Source of the DNA: a bacterium
GTDB taxonomy: Bacteria; SAR324; XYD2-FULL-50-16
Assembly (NCBI GenBank): GCA_032250835.1
Contig: JAVVEA010000002.1
Span: 310,596-374,595 of the forward strand
Direction of reading: 5' to 3'
Length of the DNA: 64,000 nt
The position numbers were made by a program, and so were the translations under genes. The notes under the pieces were generated by a model. The model had not been told where the DNA came from. It did no database searches and worked only from the letters and a program-made list of their open reading frames with translations. This document shows, piece after piece, positions 40,849 through 50,891 of this stretch; position 1 is the first letter of the stretch; each line of letters starts with the position of its first letter.

Positions 40849-40947
40849 TGGCGGAGGCGTGAAAGAATCGAACTTCCCAGGGAACTTTTACAGCCCCCTC
40901 ACGCGGTTTTGAAGACCGGGGGGTGCACCAGCAACCCAACCGCCTCC
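40849..40947 (-). tRNA. selC: tRNA-Sec (anticodon TCA)
   Basis: GGAGGCGG...CTTCAAA anticodon loop, long D-stem with TGGT loop, long variable arm, TTCGATT T-loop and GCCA end. Confidence 0.93.
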
Positions 40948-41391
40948 TGATGGGGTCAGGTTAAAGGATGCGGAGCGGGAAGTCTATGGCTTGCTGGGGT
41001 GTCTTGCCTGGGTGGGTCTTTGAGCGCATTAGGAGCGGGCTTTATCTGTGAGTTTGAGCGTCTTGAAGGGTGGCTGAGCCTGTACTTGAGTTTTTAGCCA
41101 GCTTGTACGTTGCGCAGTTGGCCTTAAAGGGGAGGCAAGGCCCGGCGGCGCTTAGGTTTTGGTGGCGCATGACGCGAGCTTGGATTTTAAATCGGTTGAG
41201 TCTGGGCGGTCTTGGGGTCCCGAGGGCTGCGCACCGATAGCCTGGGGGTTCTAGGGGGTTGCGTCTTGGCAGGCTCAGAATTCTAGCGGGCTGCGGTCTG
41301 GCTGGCCTAGCGGCACGCCCCCCCCCAGCGGCGTTGCTTGACATGGGTCTTGGGGGCGCTTACCCTTACAAGAAACCCTTTGGAGCAGTTT

Positions 41392-41679
41392 ATGGACGTT
41401 GTGATTTTAGGGCTGCGCGATGTGATCAGCGGCGGTTTGACCCTCTTTACCTGGGCCGTGATCATCCGGGCGATTCTTTCCTGGTTTCGCCCCGATCCGT
41501 ACCATCCGGCGGTGCGCATCTTGGTGCGCTTTACCGACCCGGTCCTGCTGCCGATCCAGCGCTTTATGCCCGACCTGGGCGGCCTGGACTTAAGCCCCAT
41601 TGTGGCGATTTTTGGGGCCCAAATCGTCCAGAGCGTTGTGGGCCAGTTGCTGACCCGCATTGCCTACAGCTTTACTTAA
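41392..41679 (+). CDS. yggT: YggT-family membrane protein
   Basis: IIRAILSWF, PYHP, TDPVLLPIQR and GGLDLSPIV motifs. Confidence 0.9.
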   Translation: MDVVILGLRDVISGGLTLFTWAVIIRAILSWFRPDPYHPAVRILVRFTDPVLLPIQRFMPDLGGLDLSPIVAIFGAQIVQSVVGQLLTRIAYSFT

Positions 41680-41681
41680 AG

Positions 41682-43700
41682 TCATTCTTCCTCAGAGGTG
41701 GGCTGCTGCAAGTCCACCAGCTCAAAGCGGACCTCCTCATAAGCGGGGTCCACCTCCAATATCTTCACCTGATAGACCCGCCCCTCTTCTAAGCCCTCAC
41801 TGCGCGTAGGCAGCTTGAGGTCCAGCTTGGGCAAGAGCAACAGCGAACGCCCGCCGCGCAGTTCCTTAAACAACTCGGCCTCGTAAATTTCGTCGGCATT
41901 TTGGGCCAGATAGCGGTACTTGAGGTGCTCCCAAAGCCGCCGTTCCAGTTGTCCCAGACGCTTCACACGGGCCTCGGCGTCCACCGCCCAACGGCTCAAT
42001 TGATCAGGCGTGAAGCTGGGCGCTCGTTCGGCTAGGTTTTCGAGCAATAACCGCTGGGACACTAAATCCAAAAACCGGCGGATCGGCGAAGTGCACTGCA
42101 AATAAGCATCTAGGCCCAAGGCGGCATGACCCTGGGCTTGTAGGCCCACCGCCGCCGGGCGGATGTTGAGGTCTTGCAGCCGGGGCTTTTCGCCGGGCTC
42201 CATAGGCCGGTTGAAGCTGTAGGGTTCCTGGTTGCGGAACAGGTTGGGCTGGCCGCTGGCGGCGGCCCAATCGCCTGCTTGGCCGTTGACCAAAATAGCC
42301 AACTCCTGCACTAGTTTGTGGGCGCGGGTTTCGCGGCTCTCCTCGATCAACACCAAGTGAGCTAAATCCTGGGTTTCGAAGCGCACCTCGGCGCGGTCCA
42401 ACTCCAACGCCCCGTTCTCTAAACGGCGGGCCAGCAAACGCTCCGATACCGCCTCCAAGCGGGGCCAGAGCCCGGTCCCGGCTTCTAGTAGCTCGTTGCA
42501 CTGCCCATAGGTCCAGTTGCCTTCGAGATGCACCACCGACCGGCAATAGTCACTTTCAACCAACTTCGATTGGGCATCAAAGCGAAACCGGAAACTGACC
42601 GCCGCGTGGTCCTCGCCTGCGTTGAGCGACAAAAAACGCTCGGACAAGACCGGCGGTAGCATGGGGAAGGTCCTTAAGGGGCTGTAGAGCGAAGCCGCCC
42701 GGTCCCAGGCCTTACTAAAGAGCAAGTTGTCTGGCGGCAGGTAGCTGGCCACTTCGGCGATGTGGACCCATAAAATCAAGTCCTCACCCTCTAGTTCTAG
42801 GCTGAAGGCGTCGTCATAATCCTGGGTGCTTTCGTTGTCGATGCTGTGGCCGCCCAGGTGGCGGAGGTCGCGGGTTTCCAAGCCAAAAGCATTGGTGAAG
42901 GGGTCCGCTTGGGCCAAGGCTTCGGCGGCAGCCAGTTCTTCGGGCGTAAAGCCCTCGGCCACGCCTTCCCGCTCGATCAACAAGCGGCCCCAGCTGATCG
43001 GGTCGCCGCTTAGGTTCAAGGCCTCGATCACCCGGCGCTCGTCGTAGAGCCCACCGCGAAGGTTCAGCTCAAAAAGTTGGGCAAAGTGTTCGGCCTCGGG
43101 GTTGTGCTCCCAGAAAAATAAAAAGTTACGCAGCCGCCCGATAAATTTATCCCAGGTGGCCTGCTCGGTGGGCTCTAGCAGCGGCAACTCGCCTTGGCGT
43201 AACGTCGCCGCCCACTGGCGCTCGCGCTCCGCCTGGGCTGCCGCTTCGGCCTCACGGGATTCCTTGGCCTTAAGGAGTTCGATTTCCTCTTCACTACGGG
43301 CGAAGAAGTCCGTCTTTTTTTGGTGGAACAGGTAGGTTTCGTCCTTGAGAGCTAAGTACAGAGCCGCCATCATCCAGCCGTTTCCTGGCTCGTCTAACAG
43401 CAGTTCGGCTAACTCTTCGATAGTATAGGGCTGTCCCTTGTCCAGTAATTCGTGGAAGGTCTTTAAGTCCAGCTCGCGGGCCTGTGCCTCGACCCAAGGG
43501 ATCTTCTGGCTGAGGATTTCTAAGCCTTCGGCCTCATTGGCGAAGGATGCGCCGCTGAAGGTGAGCGCCGTTTGGCCTTTGTTGAGGTGGACTTCCTTAC
43601 CCTGATCGGGCAAGACCACCCACTTGTTTTTCTTGAAGTCGGTGATCAAGCCGAAGGCTAAGCGGCCGCCTTTGTAAAAAAGGCAATAATTGGGACCCAT
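41682..43700 (-). CDS. RNB-domain exoribonuclease (RNase II family)
   Basis: SIDNESTQDYDDA and TSPIRRFLDL motifs; C-terminal S1-like domain. Confidence 0.88.
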   Translation of the reverse strand: MGPNYCLFYKGGRLAFGLITDFKKNKWVVLPDQGKEVHLNKGQTALTFSGASFANEAEGLEILSQKIPWVEAQARELDLKTFHELLDKGQPYTIEELAELLLDEPGNGWMMAALYLALKDETYLFHQKKTDFFARSEEEIELLKAKESREAEAAAQAERERQWAATLRQGELPLLEPTEQATWDKFIGRLRNFLFFWEHNPEAEHFAQLFELNLRGGLYDERRVIEALNLSGDPISWGRLLIEREGVAEGFTPEELAAAEALAQADPFTNAFGLETRDLRHLGGHSIDNESTQDYDDAFSLELEGEDLILWVHIAEVASYLPPDNLLFSKAWDRAASLYSPLRTFPMLPPVLSERFLSLNAGEDHAAVSFRFRFDAQSKLVESDYCRSVVHLEGNWTYGQCNELLEAGTGLWPRLEAVSERLLARRLENGALELDRAEVRFETQDLAHLVLIEESRETRAHKLVQELAILVNGQAGDWAAASGQPNLFRNQEPYSFNRPMEPGEKPRLQDLNIRPAAVGLQAQGHAALGLDAYLQCTSPIRRFLDLVSQRLLLENLAERAPSFTPDQLSRWAVDAEARVKRLGQLERRLWEHLKYRYLAQNADEIYEAELFKELRGGRSLLLLPKLDLKLPTRSEGLEEGRVYQVKILEVDPAYEEVRFELVDLQQPTSEEE

Positions 43701-43708
43701 AGGCCCCC

Positions 43709-44683
43709 TTAACCGGCGATCTTTTTCTGGAGGAACTGGAACCAGTTGGGCCGCGCGAACAGCGCCTTGTCGATGCCGTACATGGTGGCTTTGTCGATGG
43801 CCAAGACTTCTTTAAGTACCTGGGTCGACTTGATGTTCCCTTCCACGATGATCGAACGGTCGGTGTACTTGCTGACCCACTCCAAGAGGGTTTCTTCCGA
43901 GTCGAAGAACTTGTTCATCACGTGGATGGTGATCGGGTGGAAGATGTCCACGCCCGATTTTTCCAGCGTTTTGATCATAGTCTTTAAGGCCTTTTCGTTG
44001 AAGCCGTCTTCTAACTTGTCGTGGATCGAGAAGAAGTAACCAACCATCAGGCGGTTGTCCACCCGCGCCTTCATGGCCTCAACAATCTCGCAAGCTAAGC
44101 GCAGCCGGTTTTCCAACTTGCCGCCGTATTCGTCTTCGCGGGTGTTGTAGCGGGGGTGTAGGCACTGGTCTAAAAGCTGCTGCTGGGCTCCGTTGAGCTC
44201 CACAAAGTCAAAGCCCGCTTCCTCGGCCCGCTCGATGGCGTGGCTGTAAAAGAGGCAAAGCTCCTCGACATCGTCTTTGTCGAAGGGGCGGCTCATGTCG
44301 TAGTCCTTGCCGAAGTTGATGGCCGAAGGACCAATGGGCTGCTCGCCGCAGACCTTTTCGTTGGTCTTGGCACCGGCATGGCTCAGCCGGACCCCGGCGA
44401 TAACGCCTTCGGCCTTGATGTGCTTGACGAGGTTCTTCAGGCCTGCCAAATGATCTTCTTCGGCAATGCCCATCTGCATCCCATGGGACTTACCCTGCTG
44501 GGTCACGTAAGCCGAGTTGAGGATCACCACCCCGGCACCTTGGCGGACCAAGCGCATCACATGTTCGTAGATGGCATGGGAGACCTTCCCATCCTTTTGG
44601 GCAAGCCCGTCGTGGTAAGGGGGTACCAGGATGCGGTTCTTGGCTCGAAGGTTGCCGAGCTTGAAGGAATCGAACAAGGACAT
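43709..44683 (-). CDS. Old-yellow-enzyme-fold protein with degenerate active-site motifs
   Basis: KNRILV, LSHAG, AEEAGFDFVEL and NTREDEYGGKLENRLR motifs; the canonical HxxHGY is replaced by NGAQQQ. Confidence 0.8.
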   Translation of the reverse strand: MSLFDSFKLGNLRAKNRILVPPYHDGLAQKDGKVSHAIYEHVMRLVRQGAGVVILNSAYVTQQGKSHGMQMGIAEEDHLAGLKNLVKHIKAEGVIAGVRLSHAGAKTNEKVCGEQPIGPSAINFGKDYDMSRPFDKDDVEELCLFYSHAIERAEEAGFDFVELNGAQQQLLDQCLHPRYNTREDEYGGKLENRLRLACEIVEAMKARVDNRLMVGYFFSIHDKLEDGFNEKALKTMIKTLEKSGVDIFHPITIHVMNKFFDSEETLLEWVSKYTDRSIIVEGNIKSTQVLKEVLAIDKATMYGIDKALFARPNWFQFLQKKIAG

Positions 44684-44771
44684 CTAAGGTTACCTTATGA
44701 GGGTTGGGTGCATTAATGTTTACGAAGCCCAGCCGACCCCCTATAGTAGGGCCGATCAGGAGTTATCGAAC

Positions 44772-44966
44772 ATGGCCGAGCGACAGGAAAATCCCCGCTG
44801 CCATCTATGTCGGCACCATTACGTGACTTGGGACCCGGCGATGCCTTACGGCTGTCGCCAATGGGGCTTTAAGTCCGCCCGTTTGCCGTCGATGGAGGTA
44901 TTTACCGCTTCCGGTAAACACTGCCTATTGTTCGAACCAAAAAATCCAAACTTAAAGGGCCTATGA
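44772..44966 (+). CDS. Small Cys-rich conserved protein
   Basis: CHLCRHHYVTWD...PYGC...GFKS..LPS..V...SG..C..F pattern; overlaps the coaD start. Confidence 0.7.
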   Translation: MAERQENPRCHLCRHHYVTWDPAMPYGCRQWGFKSARLPSMEVFTASGKHCLLFEPKNPNLKGL

Positions 44967-45454
44967 GTCAGCCGATCGCCATTTACCCGACCAGCGCCAG
45001 CCCACCCACTTGGGGCCATGCCGACATTCTGCGCCGTGCCGCCGGGGTTTTTAGCCGCGTCCATTGGGTCGCCGCCATCAACCCGAGCAAGGAGACCTTG
45101 TTCTCAACCCAAAGCCGATTGGACATGATGCAGGATTATGTCGAATATTTCAAGCTTAACAATGTGGTGGTGGACAGCTTTGAGGGCTCCATTGCCCGCT
45201 ACGCAAAGGCTCAAGAGGCAGGAGTGATTTTGCGCGGCCTGCGCGGTTCCCAAGACTTTGCCACCGAATTTGAGCTTTCGGTAGGCTACCGGGGCATTGA
45301 TGATTCTTTGGAAGTCCTGGCCCTCTTCGCCGACCCCGAACGGGTGGGTGTCTCGTCTAGCATGGTGCGTGAATTGGCCCGCCTGGGCGAGGACATCACC
45401 GCCTACGTCTCCCCCGGCGTCGCCAAGATCGTCCTGAACCATCTGCATCGTTGA
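44963..45454 (+). CDS. coaD: Phosphopantetheine adenylyltransferase (divergent)
   Basis: TWGH, NPSK, ILRGLR..DF..E and VSSSMVRELA motifs. Confidence 0.85.
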   Translation: MSQPIAIYPTSASPPTWGHADILRRAAGVFSRVHWVAAINPSKETLFSTQSRLDMMQDYVEYFKLNNVVVDSFEGSIARYAKAQEAGVILRGLRGSQDFATEFELSVGYRGIDDSLEVLALFADPERVGVSSSMVRELARLGEDITAYVSPGVAKIVLNHLHR

Positions 45455-45540
45455 TCGGTTTATAGTTTAGGCAGGCGAGGGTTATAGCCGAATTGGTTTA
45501 CCCAGGATGTCAGCTGGCCTTAAGTTTCCCTTACTGAGAG

Positions 45541-46617
45541 TCATCTCTGGTGGGGGCCTGCCAGCAGCAGGTATAACCCTTGGTTGATATAATAATTGCT
45601 CTTACCCACCCGTTCCTTTTTTAAAAAACCTGCTTCCGAGAGTTGGTCCAGGTATTTGGTCGCCGTTAGGCGGCCTACCTGTAGGTCTTTCATCAAAAAG
45701 GCGATTTTGGTGTAGGGATGGGAGAAGAGGTTGTTGATCAAATCTTGGCTGTAAAACTTAAACTCACTGCGGATACGGCGTTTGTAGTCCTGCATGGCCC
45801 GCTGGATCCCCTGCACCAATTCAATGGTATCTTGGGCGGTTTCCTCGACGGCTCTTAACATATACAATACCCACTCTTCCCAGGCATCGTCGTCTCGCAC
45901 CGCTTGTAGCAAACGGTAATATTCTGCCTTGTGTTGGATGATGTACCGGCTTAAGTACAAAACGGGGATATTCAGTAGCTGCTTCTGCACTAGATACAGC
46001 ACATTGACGATCCGTCCGGTCCGACCATTGCCGTCGTAAAAGGGGTGGATGCTTTCAAACTGGTAGTGGATCAGCGCCATTTTAACCAGGAGATCGGCCT
46101 CAAAAAAATCCTCGTCGTTGATAAACCGTTCTAAGTTGCTCAACAGTGCGACAATTTCATCGTGGCGCTGGGGAGGGGTGTAAACCAATGCGCCAGTTTC
46201 CTGGTTCCTTAGATCGGTTCCCGGTAGCTTTCGGATGCCCGAACGGTGGCCTTCTAAAACCCGGTGGATTTCGATGACTTGGTTCATGGTTAAGAGCCGG
46301 TGTTCCAGTACTTGGCTATAGCCTTTTTTCAGGGCCGTTGCGTAACGAGAAACTTCCTTAGCCGCTGGGTCGCCACCAGCTTTTGGGAACAGGGCCCCCT
46401 TGTAGAGACTGTCGTGGGTGGTGATAATGTTTTCTATGGCCGAGCTGTCCTTGGCTTCTTGCATCGACAAGGTGTTGATCAAAATGGCCTGATTGGGGAT
46501 GGAATTACAGATCCCCTTAAGCTCCGCCAACCAGCGGTGGGCAACGGCGGCTTGTTTTAAGACCCTTTTGGTTTCGATTTCCGCCTTGGGGGGCAGCGGG
46601 GCTAGAAAAAAGCTCAT
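45541..46617 (-). CDS. Fic-family protein (Fic_N + Fic + wHTH)
   Basis: EAKDSSAIENI and HPFYDGNGRTGR motifs; C-terminal HTH. Confidence 0.92.
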   Translation of the reverse strand: MSFFLAPLPPKAEIETKRVLKQAAVAHRWLAELKGICNSIPNQAILINTLSMQEAKDSSAIENIITTHDSLYKGALFPKAGGDPAAKEVSRYATALKKGYSQVLEHRLLTMNQVIEIHRVLEGHRSGIRKLPGTDLRNQETGALVYTPPQRHDEIVALLSNLERFINDEDFFEADLLVKMALIHYQFESIHPFYDGNGRTGRIVNVLYLVQKQLLNIPVLYLSRYIIQHKAEYYRLLQAVRDDDAWEEWVLYMLRAVEETAQDTIELVQGIQRAMQDYKRRIRSEFKFYSQDLINNLFSHPYTKIAFLMKDLQVGRLTATKYLDQLSEAGFLKKERVGKSNYYINQGLYLLLAGPHQR

Positions 46618-46761
46618 GTCTTTAGGTGTTGGCGATGTAAAATGACTAGCAGTGGAAAGTTTTTCTACATGTATAAAAACTTCCTCTTTAATATACCTAT
46701 CACCGATCATGTGTATAGATTTTCGCGAATTTTATGCATGAGAGAGATCAGGCAGACGAAA

Positions 46762-47340
46762 CTACCGCCCCAACCATTCCCGCAAAGCTTCCACTGCCCG
46801 CCTTCGGTGGCTGATTTGGTTCTTTTCGTCGGCGCTTAGTTGGGCGTAGCTTTTTCCGGCCGCTTCTTCAGGAAAGAAAATCGGGTCCCAGCCGAAGCCT
46901 TCGCTCCCTTGGGGTGCGCCGATTTTCCCGGCCACAACTCCTTCAAAACTAAAGACCTCTCCGGTGGCAATGACTGCTAGGCTGAGTTGGCAGAGCGCCT
47001 GGGCGGAACGGTCTTCTCGCTCGGCCACCAAGTCCGCCAATCCGGCGGGGCCCAGGGCGTCTAAGCAATATTTGACCAAAGGGCCGGGGAATCCACCGAA
47101 GGTGTTAAAGGCTAGGGAGGTGTCGTCGGTCAGGACAGCATCAAAGCGGCGGGCGAGGTCCGGCTTCAATTGGCCCAAGGCCTCAAGGGCTTTGTGGCGG
47201 CCAATTTCACGGGCAGAAAGGCTTTGGATTTCGATTAGGTCTAAAGCAGCGTGACCCAACTCCAGGCCGGGCAGGAGCGCCGAAAACTCGGCCGCCTTGC
47301 CCGGATTGGAGGTGATCAGCAGGATACGCCTAGGCTTCAC
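46762..47340 (-). CDS. rdgB: Non-canonical purine NTP pyrophosphatase (RdgB/HAM1)
   Basis: [23 protein letters not shown] and KNQISHR motifs. Confidence 0.9.
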   Translation of the reverse strand: MKPRRILLITSNPGKAAEFSALLPGLELGHAALDLIEIQSLSAREIGRHKALEALGQLKPDLARRFDAVLTDDTSLAFNTFGGFPGPLVKYCLDALGPAGLADLVAEREDRSAQALCQLSLAVIATGEVFSFEGVVAGKIGAPQGSEGFGWDPIFFPEEAAGKSYAQLSADEKNQISHRRRAVEALREWLGR

Positions 47341-48922
47341 CTTTCGGCTTGGGGCCGACGGCAGCCAACTGGGGATCTTCGGCAGCGTACTGCTCGAAGT
47401 TTTTCAGGAACATCTGGGCTAGATGGTCGCGGGCCTTGTCGTAAGCGTGGTGGTCGTCCCAGGTGTTGCGCGGCTTGAGGATCGCCGAGTTGACCCCTTC
47501 GATGTGCTCGGGGATTTCAAAGCCAAAGACCGGGTCCTGGTGCCACTCGCTTTCGCCGATGGTGCCGTTGAGGATCGCGCTGATCATCTTACGGGTGTCG
47601 GGTAGGTTCATGCGCTTGCCCACGCCGTACGCGCCGCCGGTCCAACCGGTGTTGACCAAGTAGGCGTTGACCTTGTGGGTCCGCATCTTTTCTGCCAATA
47701 AGTCCGAGTATACCTTGGGCCGCAGGGTCATGAAGGCTGCGCCGAAGCAGGTCGAGAAAGTCGGCTGCGGTTCTTTAACGCCGCGTTCGGTACCGGCTAC
47801 CTTGGCGGTATAACCGCTGAGGAAATGGTAGCTCGCTTGTTCGGGGGTCAAACGCGCCACCGGCGGCAAGACGCCAAAGGCGTCGCAGGTTAAGAAGATG
47901 ATGTTCTTAGGGTGTCCGGCGACCGAGGGGATCTTGGTGTTTTCGATCAGGTGCAGAGGATAAGAAACCCGAGTGTTTTCGGTCTTCGACTTGTCTGCAT
48001 AATCCACTTTGCGGTCTTCGTCGTAGACCACGTTTTCTAAGATCGACTCAAAACGGATGGCATTGTAAATGTCCGGTTCCTTTTCGGGGTCTAGGTCGAT
48101 CACCTTGGCGTAACAGCCACCCTCTAAGTTGAAGATGCCGTCGGCCGACCAGCCGTGCTCGTCGTCGCCGATCAAGCGGCGCTCGGGGTCGGTAGACAAG
48201 GTGGTCTTGCCGGTGCCCGATAGGCCAAAGAACAGGGCCACATCGCCCTTCTCGCCCACGTTAGCCGAGCAGTGCATGCTCATCACGCCCTTTAAAGGCA
48301 GCAAGTAGTTCATCACGCTGAAGATGCCTTTCTTCATCTCGCCGCCGTAATGCGTGCCGCCGATGATGGCAAACTTCTGGGCCAAGTTGAAGATCACGAA
48401 GACCTCACTGTTCAAGCCCAGTTCTTTGTATTCTTTTTCGGTGTACAGCGCCGCGTTGAGGATCGTGAACTGGGGCTCGAAGCCTTTGAGTTCTTCCTTC
48501 TTGGGGCGGATGAACATGTTGCGGACAAAGGCGGCGTGCCAGGGCTTTTTGGTGACGATGCGGATGGGCATCTGGTACTTCTTGTCGGCGCCGCAGAAGC
48601 CATCAAACATGTAGAGGTCTTTTCCGCTAAGGAATTGGGTGACCCGTTCTTTGAGGGTCTCGAAAACTTCGGGCTTGATCTTTTGGTTGATAGCACCCCA
48701 CCAGATGTTTTCGCTGGTGCTGGGCTCGTCGACGATGAATTTGTCTTTAGGGGAGCGGCCCGTAAACTTGCCGGTGTCTACCATCATCGCCCCGTTGGGG
48801 CCGATAACACCTTCTCCGTGCCGGATTTCGTGCTCCCAGAGTTCTTCAGGAGTCAGGTTGCGGTGGATGGTGCCAAGATTGACAAAACCAAGTTTCTCTA
48901 AGCCATATGTTTCGTTAGCCAT
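47330..48922 (-). CDS. pckA: Phosphoenolpyruvate carboxykinase (ATP)
   Basis: [27 protein letters not shown] and LIGDDEHGW motifs. Confidence 0.97.
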   Translation of the reverse strand: MANETYGLEKLGFVNLGTIHRNLTPEELWEHEIRHGEGVIGPNGAMMVDTGKFTGRSPKDKFIVDEPSTSENIWWGAINQKIKPEVFETLKERVTQFLSGKDLYMFDGFCGADKKYQMPIRIVTKKPWHAAFVRNMFIRPKKEELKGFEPQFTILNAALYTEKEYKELGLNSEVFVIFNLAQKFAIIGGTHYGGEMKKGIFSVMNYLLPLKGVMSMHCSANVGEKGDVALFFGLSGTGKTTLSTDPERRLIGDDEHGWSADGIFNLEGGCYAKVIDLDPEKEPDIYNAIRFESILENVVYDEDRKVDYADKSKTENTRVSYPLHLIENTKIPSVAGHPKNIIFLTCDAFGVLPPVARLTPEQASYHFLSGYTAKVAGTERGVKEPQPTFSTCFGAAFMTLRPKVYSDLLAEKMRTHKVNAYLVNTGWTGGAYGVGKRMNLPDTRKMISAILNGTIGESEWHQDPVFGFEIPEHIEGVNSAILKPRNTWDDHHAYDKARDHLAQMFLKNFEQYAAEDPQLAAVGPKPKGEA

Positions 48923-49001
48923 TTCTCTTCCCTAGGGTGGGTTCGTAGTGGTCGAGCTCCGAGTGGGGCGGATTCGATAAAATTCTAGAACAGATGGGCT
49001 T

Positions 49002-49748
49002 TCAAGGCAAGGGGGAATCAGCCGCTGCTGATTTGGGTAGATCGACCAGCAGTACCCCTTCGCCTGACGGTTCCAGTGCCGCCATCAGCGCTTGGCCCCA
49101 GTAGGCAGCGGATCGGCCGCAAAAGGGGGTGCCTCGGTCGGCCCCAAAGGCGTTGGCGATCAGCGTGATTCCGTCGAAGCGCCGCAAACGCCAACGCCAA
49201 TAAGTGCATACATCTTGTCCTTCCTCAACCCAATGCATACTTAAACAGAGGATTTGGGTTTCTTGCTCTTGGTGAAACCTCAGTAAATCATCAAAATTGA
49301 AGTCCATGCAAATACCCAAGCCGATCCGGCCCAAGGTTGTGGGGCACGAGACGAAGGGGCTGGGGCCCGGCGTGGCCCAGGGGCGATCCGCCTCAAAGAG
49401 ATGGCGTTTTTGGTAAGTCGCCAGGAGCTGCCCCTTGGGGCCGATTAGGTTTTGGCTGTTGAAGAGTCGCCTGCCCTCTGATTGGGGGAAGCCGTACACC
49501 AAAAAGAGTTGCAGGCGGCGGCACAACTGGGCAAAAAATTCAAAGCTCGGGCCTTCGGCATCTTCGGCTAAGGGGCGGATTTCTAGGGGCGAGAAAAAAA
49601 CATAGCCAGTGGTGCACATCTCGGGCATCACCACCAATTGGGCCCCTTCCTCGGCGGCCTGTTCCAACAAGCTACCCAAGCGGGCTAGATTGGCTTGTTT
49701 TTCACCCTTAAGTGATTGGTATTGGATGATAGCAGCTTTTGTTTGCAT
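49002..49748 (-). CDS. Carbon-nitrogen hydrolase (nitrilase superfamily amidase)
   Basis: E-K-C triad in PEMC, YQKRHLF and GICMDFN. Confidence 0.88.
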   Translation of the reverse strand: MQTKAAIIQYQSLKGEKQANLARLGSLLEQAAEEGAQLVVMPEMCTTGYVFFSPLEIRPLAEDAEGPSFEFFAQLCRRLQLFLVYGFPQSEGRRLFNSQNLIGPKGQLLATYQKRHLFEADRPWATPGPSPFVSCPTTLGRIGLGICMDFNFDDLLRFHQEQETQILCLSMHWVEEGQDVCTYWRWRLRRFDGITLIANAFGADRGTPFCGRSAAYWGQALMAALEPSGEGVLLVDLPKSAAADSPLP

Positions 49749-49957
49749 TGTTCTTGCAAAGATCAATAAGGCACAGCATTGGGTGCTGCGTCTCAGCGCA
49801 GCGTCCCCTAGGTGGCTACATTAAGTTGCTTGGGGCTCAAAGGGGCCTTCCCAACCGATTTGGGTTATTGTTCCCCTTTTGGCTTGGCTAGAGCAAGCTG
49901 CAAAATTGTCGAACTGGCTCCCCCGTTGAGGGGGGCAAAACCACCGAACTGGTCGAT

Positions 49958-50884
49958 ATGAACAACGGACTAAAACTTCTTTTGGTGGGCCTCTTTTTGG
50001 TCGTGGTGCCTAAGGTAAACGCTCAGGTGGCTACGCCTCCAATCGACCCCGCTGAACCGACGCTAATCTCCGCGGCATCGAGTTGGCGTTTTGGTGGTTC
50101 TATGGCGCTGGGGACGGACTACGGGTATCAGGAAACCCAAGCCACAAAAACGGACGCCAAAGTTACCGGTCCTAGCGCGTTGCTGGTTTTTTCGGGTAAA
50201 GAGGTGATCTGGGAGTTTTACAATAAAAGCAGCGACACCGCCTATGAATGGGATTCCACCAGCGACCAACTTTACCAGTATACCCGCAGCAACCAACAGC
50301 TCAACCTTTCGGTGCGTGGCGAGGGTCGGGTTTCGGTTGGTTTAGGGGCAATTGCACGCAGCGACGATAGCCGGGGGATTCAGCGCAAACAGTCGGGATT
50401 TGCCGGTAGCTTTGGGGTGCGCATAGGCGATGGCTTCTTTTTAGGTGCCGGCATGAACCGCGTTACCGAGAAGGTGGCGGACTTTGAGGACAAACAATGG
50501 AACGAATATATGGGCGGTGCCGGGTTTGCCTATGGGTCGCCGGAAAAAAACATGTTCCGCCTGGAAGTCTCAGGCACCAGCGAGCCGGAAGTCTCGGGCG
50601 GGACGTCGTTAGAACAAGTCCACCACAAGCGCACCCGGGCGATTGAAGAGATGGAAGTGCTTTGGCATAATTATCTGGTCACCGTCCGCGCGGTACAGTC
50701 TAAGTCGTTCGCGGCTTTAGACGGTGAATCGGACCGGCAGGAGAACCAGATGCGCTACGGGCTGGGCCTGCGGAGTTTGGGGTTTTCTTGGATCTTGTAC
50801 CGGACCTTGGCTGATGAACGAGTGGGCGACAATTGGTACAAAGAACGTTATTATAAGATGACCCTTGGATTTGGATTCTTATAG
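49958..50884 (+). CDS. Secreted, putative outer-membrane beta-barrel protein, paralog 1
   Basis: Signal peptide, alternating beta-strand pattern, ends MTLGFGFL. Confidence 0.65.
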   Translation: MNNGLKLLLVGLFLVVVPKVNAQVATPPIDPAEPTLISAASSWRFGGSMALGTDYGYQETQATKTDAKVTGPSALLVFSGKEVIWEFYNKSSDTAYEWDSTSDQLYQYTRSNQQLNLSVRGEGRVSVGLGAIARSDDSRGIQRKQSGFAGSFGVRIGDGFFLGAGMNRVTEKVADFEDKQWNEYMGGAGFAYGSPEKNMFRLEVSGTSEPEVSGGTSLEQVHHKRTRAIEEMEVLWHNYLVTVRAVQSKSFAALDGESDRQENQMRYGLGLRSLGFSWILYRTLADERVGDNWYKERYYKMTLGFGFL

Positions 50885-50891
50885 AGGACTT

